Notes under the pieces: model-generated
The model's input: the letters and a program-made list of their open reading frames with translations, nothing else
Database searches by the model: none
What the model was told of the DNA's origin: nothing
Program-made: the position numbers and the translations under genes
Assembly: GCF_001194135.2 (NCBI RefSeq)
Contig: NC_068991.1
Span: 45,183,432-45,222,870 of the forward strand
DNA length: 39,439 nucleotides
Source of the DNA: Octopus bimaculoides
Lineage: Eukaryota
Reading direction: 5' to 3'
In this document: in pieces, positions 1 through 14,015 of the stretch
How the letters are laid out: each line of letters starts with the position of its first letter
Numbering within the stretch: the stretch's first letter is position 1

Positions 1-398
1 GGGTGGGGTGTGTGTTTGTGAGTGTGATGTGAGGCCCAGAGAAAAAAATTAGAGAATGACAGAGAGAGGAAGAGCTTAAAAAACTTAGAGACTCAAAAGG
101 AGAGAAAAATAACGTTGGTGCACACTAACTAACCTACTCAACTACTACTCCATTGCAACTACCAGGCTTTCAGCATTTTCTTAATTGAATCCTATCTATT
201 TTAGCTCAGAGAGACCTTAGTTACTGGATATTTCCCTCGTACATTATTCTGGAGTAGATTAGATATGAGTGCAAAGTTTGGAAAAGATTCGAAAGGAAAC
301 GCTGATGTTGTTTCGAGACAAATAAACATCGACGCTCACAGTTATGTACCTGCATACATACTATCATACGGACACTCTACACCCATGCGTACATGCCA

Positions 399-399
<1 letters not shown>

Positions 400-462
<63 letters not shown>
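400..462. repeat. (CA)n microsatellite running into an assembly gap (N 463-1291); (CT)n/(TATC)n/(TA)n resumes at 1292-1367
   Basis: Directly visible. The ORFs at 265-1397 are artefacts of this tract and the Ns. Confidence 0.98.
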
Positions 463-1295
463 NNNNNNNNNNNNNNNNNNNNNNNNNNNNNNNNNNNNNN
501 NNNNNNNNNNNNNNNNNNNNNNNNNNNNNNNNNNNNNNNNNNNNNNNNNNNNNNNNNNNNNNNNNNNNNNNNNNNNNNNNNNNNNNNNNNNNNNNNNNNN
601 NNNNNNNNNNNNNNNNNNNNNNNNNNNNNNNNNNNNNNNNNNNNNNNNNNNNNNNNNNNNNNNNNNNNNNNNNNNNNNNNNNNNNNNNNNNNNNNNNNNN
701 NNNNNNNNNNNNNNNNNNNNNNNNNNNNNNNNNNNNNNNNNNNNNNNNNNNNNNNNNNNNNNNNNNNNNNNNNNNNNNNNNNNNNNNNNNNNNNNNNNNN
801 NNNNNNNNNNNNNNNNNNNNNNNNNNNNNNNNNNNNNNNNNNNNNNNNNNNNNNNNNNNNNNNNNNNNNNNNNNNNNNNNNNNNNNNNNNNNNNNNNNNN
901 NNNNNNNNNNNNNNNNNNNNNNNNNNNNNNNNNNNNNNNNNNNNNNNNNNNNNNNNNNNNNNNNNNNNNNNNNNNNNNNNNNNNNNNNNNNNNNNNNNNN
1001 NNNNNNNNNNNNNNNNNNNNNNNNNNNNNNNNNNNNNNNNNNNNNNNNNNNNNNNNNNNNNNNNNNNNNNNNNNNNNNNNNNNNNNNNNNNNNNNNNNNN
1101 NNNNNNNNNNNNNNNNNNNNNNNNNNNNNNNNNNNNNNNNNNNNNNNNNNNNNNNNNNNNNNNNNNNNNNNNNNNNNNNNNNNNNNNNNNNNNNNNNNNN
1201 NNNNNNNNNNNNNNNNNNNNNNNNNNNNNNNNNNNNNNNNNNNNNNNNNNNNNNNNNNNNNNNNNNNNNNNNNNNNNNNNNNNNNNNNNNNCCCT

Positions 1296-1340
<45 letters not shown>

Positions 1341-1939
1341 ATATATATATATATATATGATATATATGTAAAGCTTAATCAACTTATTTGTTGTTGAATC
1401 TGTTGTTGTTACTTCTGTCGCGAAGTTGTGCAGGGACAAGTCAGCGAAGAAGGAATAATATTTGAGATTGACTTTATCGAGAAGCAAGACTTGTATTTCA
1501 AAACCACTTGACGGGGATGCAACATTGGTCAGCATACCAATTCTGGTAGCCGTCGCTGTAACGGGTACACCGTGTACTAGGAATTGCAGCCAAATTATCT
1601 CAAATCTCATTCTATTAACTTATTAGGCAAACGATACAGTTGATAATGTTGTCCTCGAAACACTATGAGACGAAAAAACAAAAGACACGGAATCTGCGTA
1701 GCTTTACAGTTTCTCGTCATAGGAAGGACAACGGTCTAAACAAGAACAACAATCTTCATTATATAATGAAGATAAATGCGATGTTTTTTTCTTTATATTG
1801 TGCCTATCGTTTAGTTCTCTGACAAAAGCCTCCTACCCCAAAATCGTTAGTCCCTTCATTATGTGGCACATCTTATGACGCATCAATGTAGATGTCACTT
1901 TAAACAGAATTCATGCCTCTGCTACTGATAATCTTTATG

Positions 1940-1940
<1 letters not shown>

Positions 1941-2002
<62 letters not shown>

Positions 2003-2600
2003 NNNNNNNNNNNNNNNNNNNNNNNNNNNNNNNNNNNNNNNNNNNNNNNNNNNNNNNNNNNNNNNNNNNNNNNNNNNNNNNNNNNNNNNNNNNNNNNNNN
2101 NNNNNNNNNNNNNNNNNNNNNNNNNNNNNNNNNNNNNNNNNNNNNNNNNNNNNNNNNNNNNNNNNNNNNNNNNNNNNNNNNNNNNNNNNNNNNNNNNNNN
2201 NNNNNNNNNNNNNNNNNNNNNNNNNNNNNNNNNNNNNNNNNNNNNNNNNNNNNNNNNNNNNNNNNNNNNNNNNNNNNNNNNNNNNNNNNNNNNNNNNNNN
2301 NNNNNNNNNNNNNNNNNNNNNNNNNNNNNNNNNNNNNNNNNNNNNNNNNNNNNNNNNNNNNNNNNNNNNNNNNNNNNNNNNNNNNNNNNNNNNNNNNNNN
2401 NNNNNNNNNNNNNNNNNNNNNNNNNNNNNNNNNNNNNNNNNNNNNNNNNNNNNNNNNNNNNNNNNNNNNNNNNNNNNNNNNNNNNNNNNNNNNNNNNNNN
2501 NNNNNNNNNNNNNNNNNNNNNNNNNNNNNNNNNNNNNNNATATATATATATATATATATATACAGAGACGCGCGCACACGCACACACACACACACACATA
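1941..2600. repeat. (CA)n / gap (N 2003-2539) / (TA)n-(CA)n compound microsatellite
   Basis: Directly visible. Confidence 0.98.
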
Positions 2601-3643
2601 CACAGAAATGACAGAAGTAAATTGACACTCCATAAAACACCATTTTATGTTTATTCTGATTGGTAAAGGTTTATATTTTTTTTTATTAATTGCCATTTTC
2701 TATGTTACAAGCTCTATATGTGACTGTTTAATCATGCCATGTACAAAAGAAGCCTTGGAGCTGTCTGGCCCTATGCCTTGGCCCTATGACAGGACCCTTC
2801 TCTTTGTTAAGAGAAGTGTGTAGGATAATCTTCGTTGTAAGGCCTCAGACATAGCAGAACAAGTTGATGTTAGTCCCAAAACAACTCTTAGGTATCTTCC
2901 TAAGCTTGGTTATTATGGCAGAGCAGCAAGAAGGAAGCCACTTCTTCGACTAGGCAGCATCAAGCGGAGAAAAGATTGGGCCAGTGAGATGGTGGAGAGA
3001 CCACTAACATTTTGGGACACTGTCCTAAAATTCTCTGATGAGAGATTTGCTGTATTTCCTGACAGTGGTCGAGAGTGGGTCTGGAGACTTTGTGTTAAAG
3101 AATTTGATGTGAAAAGATTGCATCCAAAAATGGAACACGTCAGCTATTCTGTGATGGTCTGGGGAGCAATTTGGGGCAATGGTTGATCAGAGCTGATGAA
3201 GTGTGTGGGAAGCATAAACTCAGATAAATATACGACCATATTGCAGAAAGGACTCCTTCCAATCTTTTCCAGTGGTGAAAGGATTAAAGAAGATTCTTTA
3301 TTTATGGAAGATGGGGCTCCTTGTCACACGGCTAAAATGACCCAAAATTTGTTGGAGGAGAATGGCAGTAAAAAGCTTCCAAAAAAGAACAAGAAAGCAT
3401 CTTCACAGCCAGATATTTTGAGATTACTGCATGAAAGTTGTCGAAAAATTTCGCAAGAGAATATTTGTCATCTGGTCAATAACATGCTTAGTAGAGTCCT
3501 TGCGTTGAAAAATATAAAGGGCATATCTACTAAATATTAAATATTCACATTATAACAATTGATATATAATTTGAATGTATAATTTCAGATTTAAATAAAT
3601 TTTAATGATTATAAGGGTGTCTATTAACTCTGTCATGTGTGTG
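2601..3643 (+). mobile_element. Degenerate, internally deleted Tc1-family (DD34E) DNA transposon with eroded terminal inverted repeats
   Basis: Left end TA|CACAGAAATGACAGAAGTAAATTGACACTCC (2601-2631) matches the reverse complement of the right end GGGTGTCTATTAACTCTGTCATGTGTGTG (about 3614-3643). A transposase pseudogene lies between them. Confidence 0.85.
2800..3540 (+). pseudogene. Tc1-like transposase pseudogene
   Basis: Translates to ...LGYYGRAARRKPLL..W..VLKFSDERF (first catalytic D)..SVMVWGAI..INSDKYTTIL..FMEDGAPCHTAK (second D)..KGISTKY*, all Tc1 hallmarks. It has in-frame stops, and the WPxQSPDLNPIE motif carrying the catalytic E is missing. Confidence 0.92.
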
Positions 3644-3659
3644 TGTGCGTGTGTGTGTG

Positions 3660-3740
<81 letters not shown>

Positions 3741-3967
3741 GATGATGAATAGATAGGGATATATTATCCAGGCAGGTACAAGCACTCAGCTATAATCCGG
3801 GTTATGGCTGACCGCATTGAGTTGTCAGAAGTAGCTAGCATTACTGAATGTCAGCAATCCCACTCTAATTCATCCGATAGGTATATTATATGTATGTATG
3901 TATATATATATATATATATACATACACTTACACATACATGTATGTATGCATGTATATCCATACATAC

Positions 3968-4039
<72 letters not shown>

Positions 4040-4040
4040 G
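3635..4040. repeat. (TG)n/(CA)n and (TA)n/(TACA)n microsatellites around a short unique island (about 3755-3880)
   Basis: Directly visible. Confidence 0.9.
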
Positions 4041-4429
4041 TATTCATATAAATGCGAGACAGGTTTATTTTATACATATTTTATTAAAAACATGACAAGT
4101 TTCCAGTTTTAGTTTGAGCTTCCACTCAATTTTCGTTAACAAATTTCAATCATAGGTCAAATGGTCAACATTAGGCTATCGTAGAAGACACTTGCCCACG
4201 GTGCTGCACTTTGTAAAGTAGTGAAGCAATAAAACGTAACCCCACTGTGTTGATGCCACGACAATCCTACTAAGAACACTCTCTAAAGCGACTGAGAAAC
4301 GAATGGGGATGAGAGTTGAAGACTCCATTACTTTCATCAAGGACATGGCAGTCTGCTCTTGTGCTTGTGTCACAACATATTGCACCTAATATACTCATTT
4401 GAGTGTGGCTTTGAGGAAAAATCACACTC

Positions 4430-4625
4430 GACAAAGTGTATTGGGCTAACAAGTTTCCTCTTACAGGACGTATCACCAATCGACACAGCGGTCTATCCCC
4501 TACTTCGTGACATGCAGCAACTCAGATACGTTTTTATCACTTCATCCCATGACTTCCCCTGTTTTCTTTTCCACGCGGTCCATTCACTTTGTTATGCTTT
4601 TCGCTCTGCTATTTTGACCTCCATC
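4430..4625 (-). mobile_element. Degenerate 3' end of an RTE-clade LINE ORF
   Basis: Minus strand of 4523-4558 reads GKSWDEVIKTYL, preceded by a frameshifted VNGPRGK. This resembles the RTE C-terminal GxRGRGRPRKTWxEVVxxDL motif. The match is short, so the call is tentative. Confidence 0.45.
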
Positions 4626-4640
4626 ATTCATGCACGCAAA

Positions 4641-4857
4641 TTTTCTTTTCTACTCTAGGCACAAGGCCCGAAAATTTCGGGAAGGGGGCCTGTCGATTAG
4701 ATCGATCCCGGTTCACTTCTGGTACTTGATTTATCGACTCCGAAAGGGTGAAAAGCAAAGTCGACCTCGGTGGAATTTGAACTCATGACGTAAAGACAGC
4801 CGAAATACCGCTTAGCATTTCGCCCGGCGTGCTAACGTTTATGCCAGCTGGCCGCCT
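4641..4857 (-). mobile_element. tRNA-headed SINE, family A (tail ...GGCCTTGTGCCT)
   Basis: Minus strand: GGCGGCCAGCTGGCA head, B-box-like GAGTTCAAATTCC (4772-4784), body GAGGTCGACTTTGC...GTCGATAAA...GTACCAG. Homologous copies lie at 22100, 25721 and 28356. Confidence 0.9.
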
Positions 4858-5624
4858 TCATGCACACAAATATTACACATCCCGTGGGTAATCCTCTGCA
4901 TTCAAATCTCCGGTTTGGGGATATTTTCCTGCTTTCTGCCCCCACCCACCTGTCTAGGGGACTTCATAAAGATCCATGGACACTTCCTTCAGCGCCCCTA
5001 CCCCGGTCTCGGGGATTCCGTAGAGGATCATGGACACTTCCTTTCGTGCCCCATCCGACCAAAAGATGAAAAGAAAATAGTTTTACATTTCTGTGTCTAT
5101 TCACAAGTTGGCTGTCTTCTATGCTTTGACCGCTTGATTAAACACTTTTTATGAATTCCCCCACCCTTACCGGCACTGTCTGACAAATATATTGCCTTAA
5201 ATGATAGCGGATATCCGGTTTTCTGAACTGTTCAAGTGCGCATGCTGCTACACTCTTACTGACAGCTTTATTATTTTATATTTGCTATCACGCGCGCATG
5301 TGCAAGGATCTACTAGTTTGTTCGCATAAGATAGCTTATCAGCCGGCGAGAATATGTTTGTTGCAATGTTTTCGTGTAGCAAAACATAAAATCAGTTCAA
5401 GTTTGAAAATTGTGATAAATAAATTCATTTCTAGATGAGATGTTACACGTGAAAGATAATCTTATATGAATAAGAACCGAATGTAAAATTTGTTTTACTT
5501 GAATGAAGGTATTTATTGGAAAACTGAATAGATGTAATATTGGAAAACCGAAATATTTTTTGTCGTGTTCTTGCAGAATGAAATTATAATGGAATATATT
5601 TTAAATAGAGGTTAGTTTGTATAT

Positions 5625-5860
5625 ATGTGTATATGCATGTGTGCGTGTGTGTGTGTGTATGTCTGTGTGTGCGTGTACGTGCATGTGTGTGTGATGTGTG
5701 GGTTAAGTGTGGGTGTTTATGTGTGCATGTATTTATATGGTGTGTTCATCTATGTATGTGTAGTGTATATGTGGTGTATGTGGTGTGTGTGTGTGTGTTA
5801 TGTGCGTAGTGTGTGTGTGTGTGTTTGTGCGTGTGTGTTAGTGCGTGTTTGTGTGTGTAA
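5625..5860. repeat. Degenerate (TG)n microsatellite
   Basis: Directly visible. Confidence 0.95.
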
Positions 5861-5904
5861 GTTCCTCTTGGAATGTACTTTTTCATTTAGTAATTATCTA
5901 CAAT

Positions 5905-7270
<1,366 letters not shown>

Positions 7271-7414
7271 AGCACACGACTTTAGTCGATAGTAAAAAGC
7301 TTGGACGCAAAATGGCTACAACCTGTTATGCGACGCAGTGCGGAACTAACGTCAGAGCTGACATCACGCTTTTAATTGTGTGAGACTTGAATCAAGTCTC
7401 GTTATGTCATCTTT

Positions 7415-7423
7415 TATACATAC

Positions 7424-7474
<51 letters not shown>

Positions 7475-8072
7475 CATGCATGCATACATAAACATACAAA
7501 CATATGTATGCTTGTTTGTATATGTAAGTATATGTATTTATATATACACACGCGCATATATATAATATATATGTATGTGTGTGTGTACACCTACACATAT
7601 ATACATATATATTTATGTATGTGTATACACACACACACACACACATATACATACATACATGATTTCATTGTATTTTATTTATCTTATTTTTTCTATTGTC
7701 GTGGAAAAGATGGCAGCCATTTAGCAGACATGCTTCTAGACTGCACGTTAATGGCTCACCTTGTGAGTAAATGAAAGCAGTCTGTATATATGGAGACTGC
7801 TTGTGGCACCGACGGACAATAACGAAAACGGTCACCTCCACATGAAAACGCCATCTACTGTTGCCATTACAACAAACCATTTCATCTTTTGCTTTTTCCT
7901 CCTTTCTCCCTCTTTCTATTTCTTGGTAATTTCTCCATTCCCACCCTCTTTCTCTTTCTCGTTCACACAAACACACACACACACACACAAACGCACACAC
8001 ACACACGCACTCACTCATACACACAGATACACAGACACATACAGACACATACACACACGCGTTCTCATTCCC

Positions 8073-8109
<37 letters not shown>

Positions 8110-8279
8110 TTAGCTTCCTATCTGTTTGTCTCTCTTCCTGTTTGTCTATCTATAAATATATTTCTCTTAATCGAATGACTATATCCTTTCTTTCTATCTT
8201 TCTTCCTTCCCTCCCAACCTCCTAGTGTGTCAGTATGTGTGCGTGTGTGCGAGCGTGTGCGTGTGTGTGTGTGTGCGTG

Positions 8280-8311
<32 letters not shown>

Positions 8312-8728
8312 CATGTGTGGAATGAATGAGAGAAAGATGATAAATAAAAACACATGCGACGGAAAGAGATTTCCTCAATGCAAAAACGTAACTGCAGTAA
8401 TATACATACATAATAGTCGGCACGCTCACACACATACAGATACACACATAGACATAGACAGACATACACACACACACACACTCACACATACATACACGCA
8501 TGTACGCACTCGCATATACACACCCGCACCCACAGACGAAGTATTCTCAGATTTGTATAGGTGGTATAAGAATACATGGATATAGCCACACTGATATAGT
8601 ATGATAAAATATGATATAATATAATATAACATAATATAATATATATTATAATACATTACAAGAGAATGTAATATAATATATATATATATATGCATGTATG
8701 TATGTATGTATGTATGTATGTATGTATG

Positions 8729-8779
<51 letters not shown>

Positions 8780-8893
8780 ATATATATATATATATATNNN
8801 NNNNNNNNNNNNNNNNNNNNNNNNNNNNNNNNNNNNNNNNNNNNNNNNNNNNNNNNNNNNNNNNNNNNNNNNNNNNNNNNNNNNNNNNNNNNN
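7415..8893. repeat. Array of (TACA)n, (TA)n, (CA)n, (TG)n, (TATG)n and (TATC)n microsatellites with short unique islands; gap N 8798-8893
   Basis: Directly visible. Confidence 0.92.
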
Positions 8894-9420
8894 ATATATA
8901 TACAAATTCTGAAGCACACTATACGAGCCGGGAACCAACTACTATTGTGCATTACAATATACCCATAAACAAAGAATATTCCACAAATGGGTTGACATGT
9001 CTATTAGTGATGGAAATGTATTTGTCAGTGTGCACGTGCATGTATATATATATATAAATATATATCTATATATATATATATAAATGTATGTATATATATA
9101 TATAAATGTATACACACACACGTGTGTGTGGTGGGTGTGAATGTGTGTGTGCGTGTGTGTATGTGTGTGTGTGTGTGTGCAGAAGACAGACAGAGCGGGA
9201 CAGAGAGAGACAGAGAGACACAGAAAGAAAAATATTTAAATTCATATACACGTACACTATTGTGAGATTTCGATGCATATAAGAACTTACACACTTACAC
9301 ATACGCTTACCTTGAATGTATGTTTAGTAGTTATATTCATACGCGCTGCATGTGTGCTTCAGTATATATGTGTATATACACATACATACATACATACATA
9401 CATACATAAATATATATATG

Positions 9421-9733
9421 TATTGAAGGAAAGAAAATGGAGACAATTGGATGTATGAAAACTGTATTTGTATGTTAAAAAATGCTGAAAAATTTCTTTT
9501 AAAAACATTACAATACAAACAAATTGATTATAAGTTGTAAAGCTCAAAAAGAACTGAAAAAAGAATTCAAACAAGAATTTGAAATTTTAAATCTTAAATT
9601 CTTTTTGTGCTTTACAACTTATAATCAGTTTATTTGTATTGTAATGTTTTTGTAAAAGAAATTTTTTGACATTTTCTAATATACAGATAAATTTTTCACA
9701 CATCCAATTCTCTCAATTTTCTTTCCTTCAATA
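9421..9733. mobile_element. Fold-back / MITE-like element with about 135-bp imperfect inverted arms
   Basis: 9421-9553 (TATTGAAGGAAAGAAAATGGAG...GTTGTAAAGCTCAAAAAGAA) is the reverse complement of 9599-9733 (TTCTTTTTGTGCTTTACAAC...TTTTCTTTCCTTCAATA). Identity is roughly 85% by eye, the spacer is about 45 nt, and both ends are TA. Confidence 0.8.
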
Positions 9734-9906
9734 TTAATAATATATATTATTACAATAATCCCTAACATATACAAGCGACTTTCGTATTATATGACAGGGA
9801 TTAACCAGTAGAATTTCTAGGATTACATAATACCTAATTTGGTTATAACTCCATCGAATTGACTATATAATATATATATGTATGTATATAAATATATATG
9901 TATGTA

Positions 9907-9951
<45 letters not shown>

Positions 9952-11974
9952 CTTTCTATATATATATATACGTTTTTATACACACACGCACACATATATG
10001 TTTACATATATATATTTACAAGGACCGCCTAAGTCAGAAAAAGAAGGAGAATCTTGAATGACTGTTGAACTACATATATTACTTATCGAACAATCTTACT
10101 ATCGATTATACCAAATGGGCTCTGCTAATTTCATCTGTCAAAAACAGCTTTTGTAAAAGTTTTATTGGAGTTACAGATATTATTACCTCCCCTACATGTC
10201 ACTCTTTTTAGTTTGTACCTCGTAAATATACAAGCTTTTTTAGTGTGATACTAGACTATGTTAGACGTTGGTCGGTTAGCTCATCTTGCGGTTATTTGGC
10301 AATGGATTATCTTTGGTTCTCAAATGAAATGAAGAGGGATAATAATATTTTCGTGTGTTATCGTTTATGCCAAATGACAGAACCCATTTATTTTAACTTG
10401 TTTGAATCTCATAATAACGTCAGCTGTCTTTTTTTGAGCGTTGCTTGCAAGAGTACCAATATTTTGGAGTTTCTGTATAAATGGAAGAATAAAATATGAT
10501 TTCAAGTTGGATGTAAACTTACAATAATGAAACAAAGATGTAAATACTGTAGAAACAATTTAAAATAACACTGTAAAGTATGCAATAATGTATTCAGATA
10601 TTCAAGATGTAAACTAATAGATTTTTTTAGGGCATGATACAAGATATTTTGTTATTTATGATGAAAAGCATTCAAACAACGAGTATTTTTTGTTTCATTT
10701 ATATTTCATGTTTATTATATCTAATAGTATCCTCTCTTGTTTAACACATTCGTGTGTAACTTGAAGGATACTTGGTGTTATTTCCCTCTTTAGATCGACC
10801 TGAAATGCTTCATTTGAGCTGTGGAGAAATGCATCGGAAGCAATGTTTATGGCCACCTAAACGTAGGTATTCTATAAAAACAAACGATACTGCTATTTTA
10901 TCCCCAGGAAGACGCCTTCTCCAGCTGGTTATTCAGTGTGCTTCGCATTTGATATATATTGCTAGCATGGAGAGAACTCTCTGCTATTCTAGCTCAAGGA
11001 ACACCAAATTACGTGACTTCGATCTCATTTTGATCATCCTCAGTGATGGATACTTGTCTTCTAGACATAGAGGTAATTTACCACAGCTTGCAATATATAG
11101 AAAAACAGCGTCACACAACCACTGATGATAAACATTACTTCTCAGTGTAAATATGCTTTCGTCTCTAATAAATATTTCCTTAACGAGCTAGTTTGCTAGT
11201 ATGGGGAGCTATTTACCTTAAAGCTCGAATACCTTACCAACCTAAATACAACAGATTACGCAGCCTAGAATCCAACTTTACTCTTGACCTGAAATTTCTG
11301 TTCGTATCTTCTTTGGCTCTAATAATTAAAAAGACCATTGGAATCAGTGGAAATTCCACATTATGAATGTTTTTTAATTAATATGTTGATGGACGAATTT
11401 ATAGACCTTCATAACATTGTTTCAAAATGTTAAAGATCTCAGTTATAACTTTGATTCCTTTCCATTGTTAATCTTTTAAGCTTGTTTAAAGCGTAATACG
11501 CGAACTCAGTATGTGAAAGATTTCGGTTACGTCTTTGGTTTCGTTCGTAAGCGGAGCCTAAAGCACGTACAAATGTGAAAAGAGGATACTATTTAAGATG
11601 ATGTTTAACATGCAAAACCATAAATTTCCAGGGAAGATTAACCGAGCCCTTGATAGTCGATTTATATAGATTGCAGTTAAATCGAAAGATCGATGAAAGG
11701 CACAGTAGATCATCTTTCTGATATAATTTCATTTCTTTGCCACAAGGTCCACAACCGAAAAGAGATCTTTCAGAGACAAATTACAAAAGCGATGAAAGTT
11801 TACGCAGCCTAGATTATGTAAAAAAAAAAAAAGCATTAAAAACCCGACTCAAATTTTGACATACAACAGCCATTTTTGTAGCGAAGGAAATAGCCGTAAA
11901 TGCCGATTCCAGTATTTGACTGGTACAAGGTTGTATGCAAGTTGATTTGAATTGAGAATGTAATGAGCCAAAAC

Positions 11975-12090
11975 AAATAATCCTTTCTACTGAAGGCACA
12001 AGGCCTGAAATTTTACATGAACCCCAGTGTTTTACTGGTACTTAATTTATCAACCCCGAAAGGATAAGAGGCAAAGTCGACCTCGGCGAG
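11975..12090 (-). mobile_element. SINE family A, 5'-truncated and internally deleted copy
   Basis: AATAATCCTTTCTAC..GGCACAAGGCCTGAAATTT..CTGGTACTTAATTTATCAACCCCGAAAGGAT..GCAAAGTCGACCTCGGC matches the 4641-4857 copy. Confidence 0.8.
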
Positions 12091-12146
12091 CCGAAACAAA
12101 CAATGCAGAACATTTTCATGCCCTTCAAATAATCGTTACTTATATA

Positions 12147-12356
12147 GGTACAAAGGCTGAAATTATGAGGAGAGAGGTTAATTCGATTCGGTATATGACC
12201 TGCGTTTTATTTGATCCAGCATTTTATTTTATCGACTCCGACGGTTAAAAGGCAGGGCTGAACTCGGCAAGATTTGAACACAGAACATATAACCAAACAG
12301 AGCAATAACCAAATAAGGTCGAGCATTCTAACCAATGCTCTAACGACTCTTGCCTG
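12147..12356 (-). mobile_element. SINE family A, old degenerate copy
   Basis: GGTACAAAGGCTGAAATT..TTTTATTTTATCGACTCCGA..CTCGGCAAGATTTGAACACAGAAC..CTAACGACTCTTGCC is collinear with family A. Confidence 0.65.
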
Positions 12357-12380
12357 TTTATCAGGATCAACAACCTTAAA

Positions 12381-12427
12381 TTAATAATAATAATAATAAC
12401 AATGATGATGATGATGATGATGATGAC

Positions 12428-12463
<36 letters not shown>

Positions 12464-12620
12464 AATAATAATAATAATAATTGATTTCTTTCTTTGTTAT
12501 TCATTTATTTATTAATTTATGTTGTATGTACAGGTCATCTCCCTGGAGATGAGTATATAGCGCTATCATCTCATCAAAATAAATGGTTGCGTAAATTTCT
12601 TTTGTGTGTGCGCATGTATG

Positions 12621-12692
<72 letters not shown>

Positions 12693-13004
12693 TGTGTGAG
12701 TTTGTGTGTGTATAAATAGGCTTCTACACGCAGATAAATATACACATAGATTTATATGTATCTACCGTATACACATCCACACAAACAGTTGAATACATAT
12801 AGAAACACAGACATACGTACATACAAATCAGCGCGCATAAATATATAGATACATGCATACATACATACATACATACATACATACATACACACACATATAC
12901 ATACATATATATATATTTGTATAATACATTTGGTTATATTATATATATACATACATAATACATATACATAAATATATATGCATACACACACACATATGTA
13001 TATG

Positions 13005-13056
<52 letters not shown>
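12381..13056. repeat. (AAT)n-(GAT)n-(AAT)n, (TG)n, (TACA)n and (CA)n microsatellite cluster
   Basis: Directly visible. Confidence 0.95.
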
Positions 13057-13058
<2 letters not shown>

Positions 13059-13445
13059 TTTTATCAAAACCTAATGTTTACCTGGCTATTTGAGTTTTAT
13101 GCCAAAGAACTTTCTGCCATAAAACTCCAATCGCGGGATAATAATTTAAAAGAACCATATACATTACATGTGTTGAATACTCGTCCCTTGTTCGTTCGAT
13201 GCACATACAACATACATATATACATGAATATACATTCATACCAACATCATAAAGGGCGATACGAAAAAATAAGAGAGAAACGCATTCGAATGCGAAATGA
13301 GGCATTGAAATTATATGTCCCAAGTTTAAATCTCCATGTGCCACTGTCATTCTAAGCTGACCAGTAGAATCTGTATGCCTAACGTATGGAAGCACACACG
13401 CTCACACAGACGTAATATAACACAAACATCGCGCGCACGCATATT

Positions 13446-14015
13446 ATTCTTTTATTCTTTTATTTGTTGACTGCAGCCATGCTGAGTGCAGCCATGCTGA
13501 GTGCAGCCATGCTGGAGCACCGCCTTAAAGGGTTTTAGTCGAAGAAATCGACCCCAGTACTTATTTTTTGTAAGCCTGGTACTTATTCTACCAGTCTCTT
13601 TTTTGCTGAACTGCTGTGTTACGAGGACGTNNNNNNNNNNNNNNNNNNNNNNNNNNNNNNNNNNNNNNNNNNNNNNNNNNNNNNNNNNNNNNNNNNNNNN
13701 NNNNNNNNNNNNNNNNNNNNNNNNNNNNNNNNNNNNNNNNNNNNNNNNNNNNNNNNNNNNNNNNNNNNNNNNNNNNNNNNNNNNNNNNNNNNNNNNNNNN
13801 NNNNNNNNNNNNNNNNNNNNNNNNNNNNNNNNNNNNNNNNNNNNNNNNNNNNNNNNNNNNNNNNNNNNNNNNNNNNNNNNNNNNNNNNNNNNNNNNNNNN
13901 NNNNNNNNNNNNNNNNNNNNNNNNNNNNNNNNNNNNNNNNNNNNNNNNNNNNNNNNNNNNNNNNNNNNNNNNNNNNNNNNNNNNNNNNNNNNNNNNNNNN
14001 NNNNNNNNNNNNNNN

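Noticed and set aside
220-242. ...TTTCCCTCGTA resembling a mariner right TIR end
   Set aside because: Only about 8 bp match, with no partner TIR or transposase sequence nearby.
1646-1731. Imperfect inverted repeat GTTGTCCT..TATGAG / CTCGTCATA..AGGACAAC; similar 10-bp stem at 13092-13127
   Set aside because: Short stems expected by chance in 39 kb of AT-rich DNA.
265-2696. Long ORFs of 225-368 aa (HTHT/CVCV/YIYI plus X runs); likewise 13501-14188, 17463-18744, 19009-20175 and 37787-38748
   Set aside because: They are open only because of dinucleotide repeats and N gaps.
3804-3880. [26 protein letters not shown] followed by AG|GTATAT, a possible first coding exon
   Set aside because: No recognisable homology, weak donor, and a 120-bp island between microsatellites.
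8905-9025. TATACGAG start and a RIFHKWVDMSISDGNVF peptide resembling a mariner C-terminus
   Set aside because: Similarity too weak and no matching right TIR.
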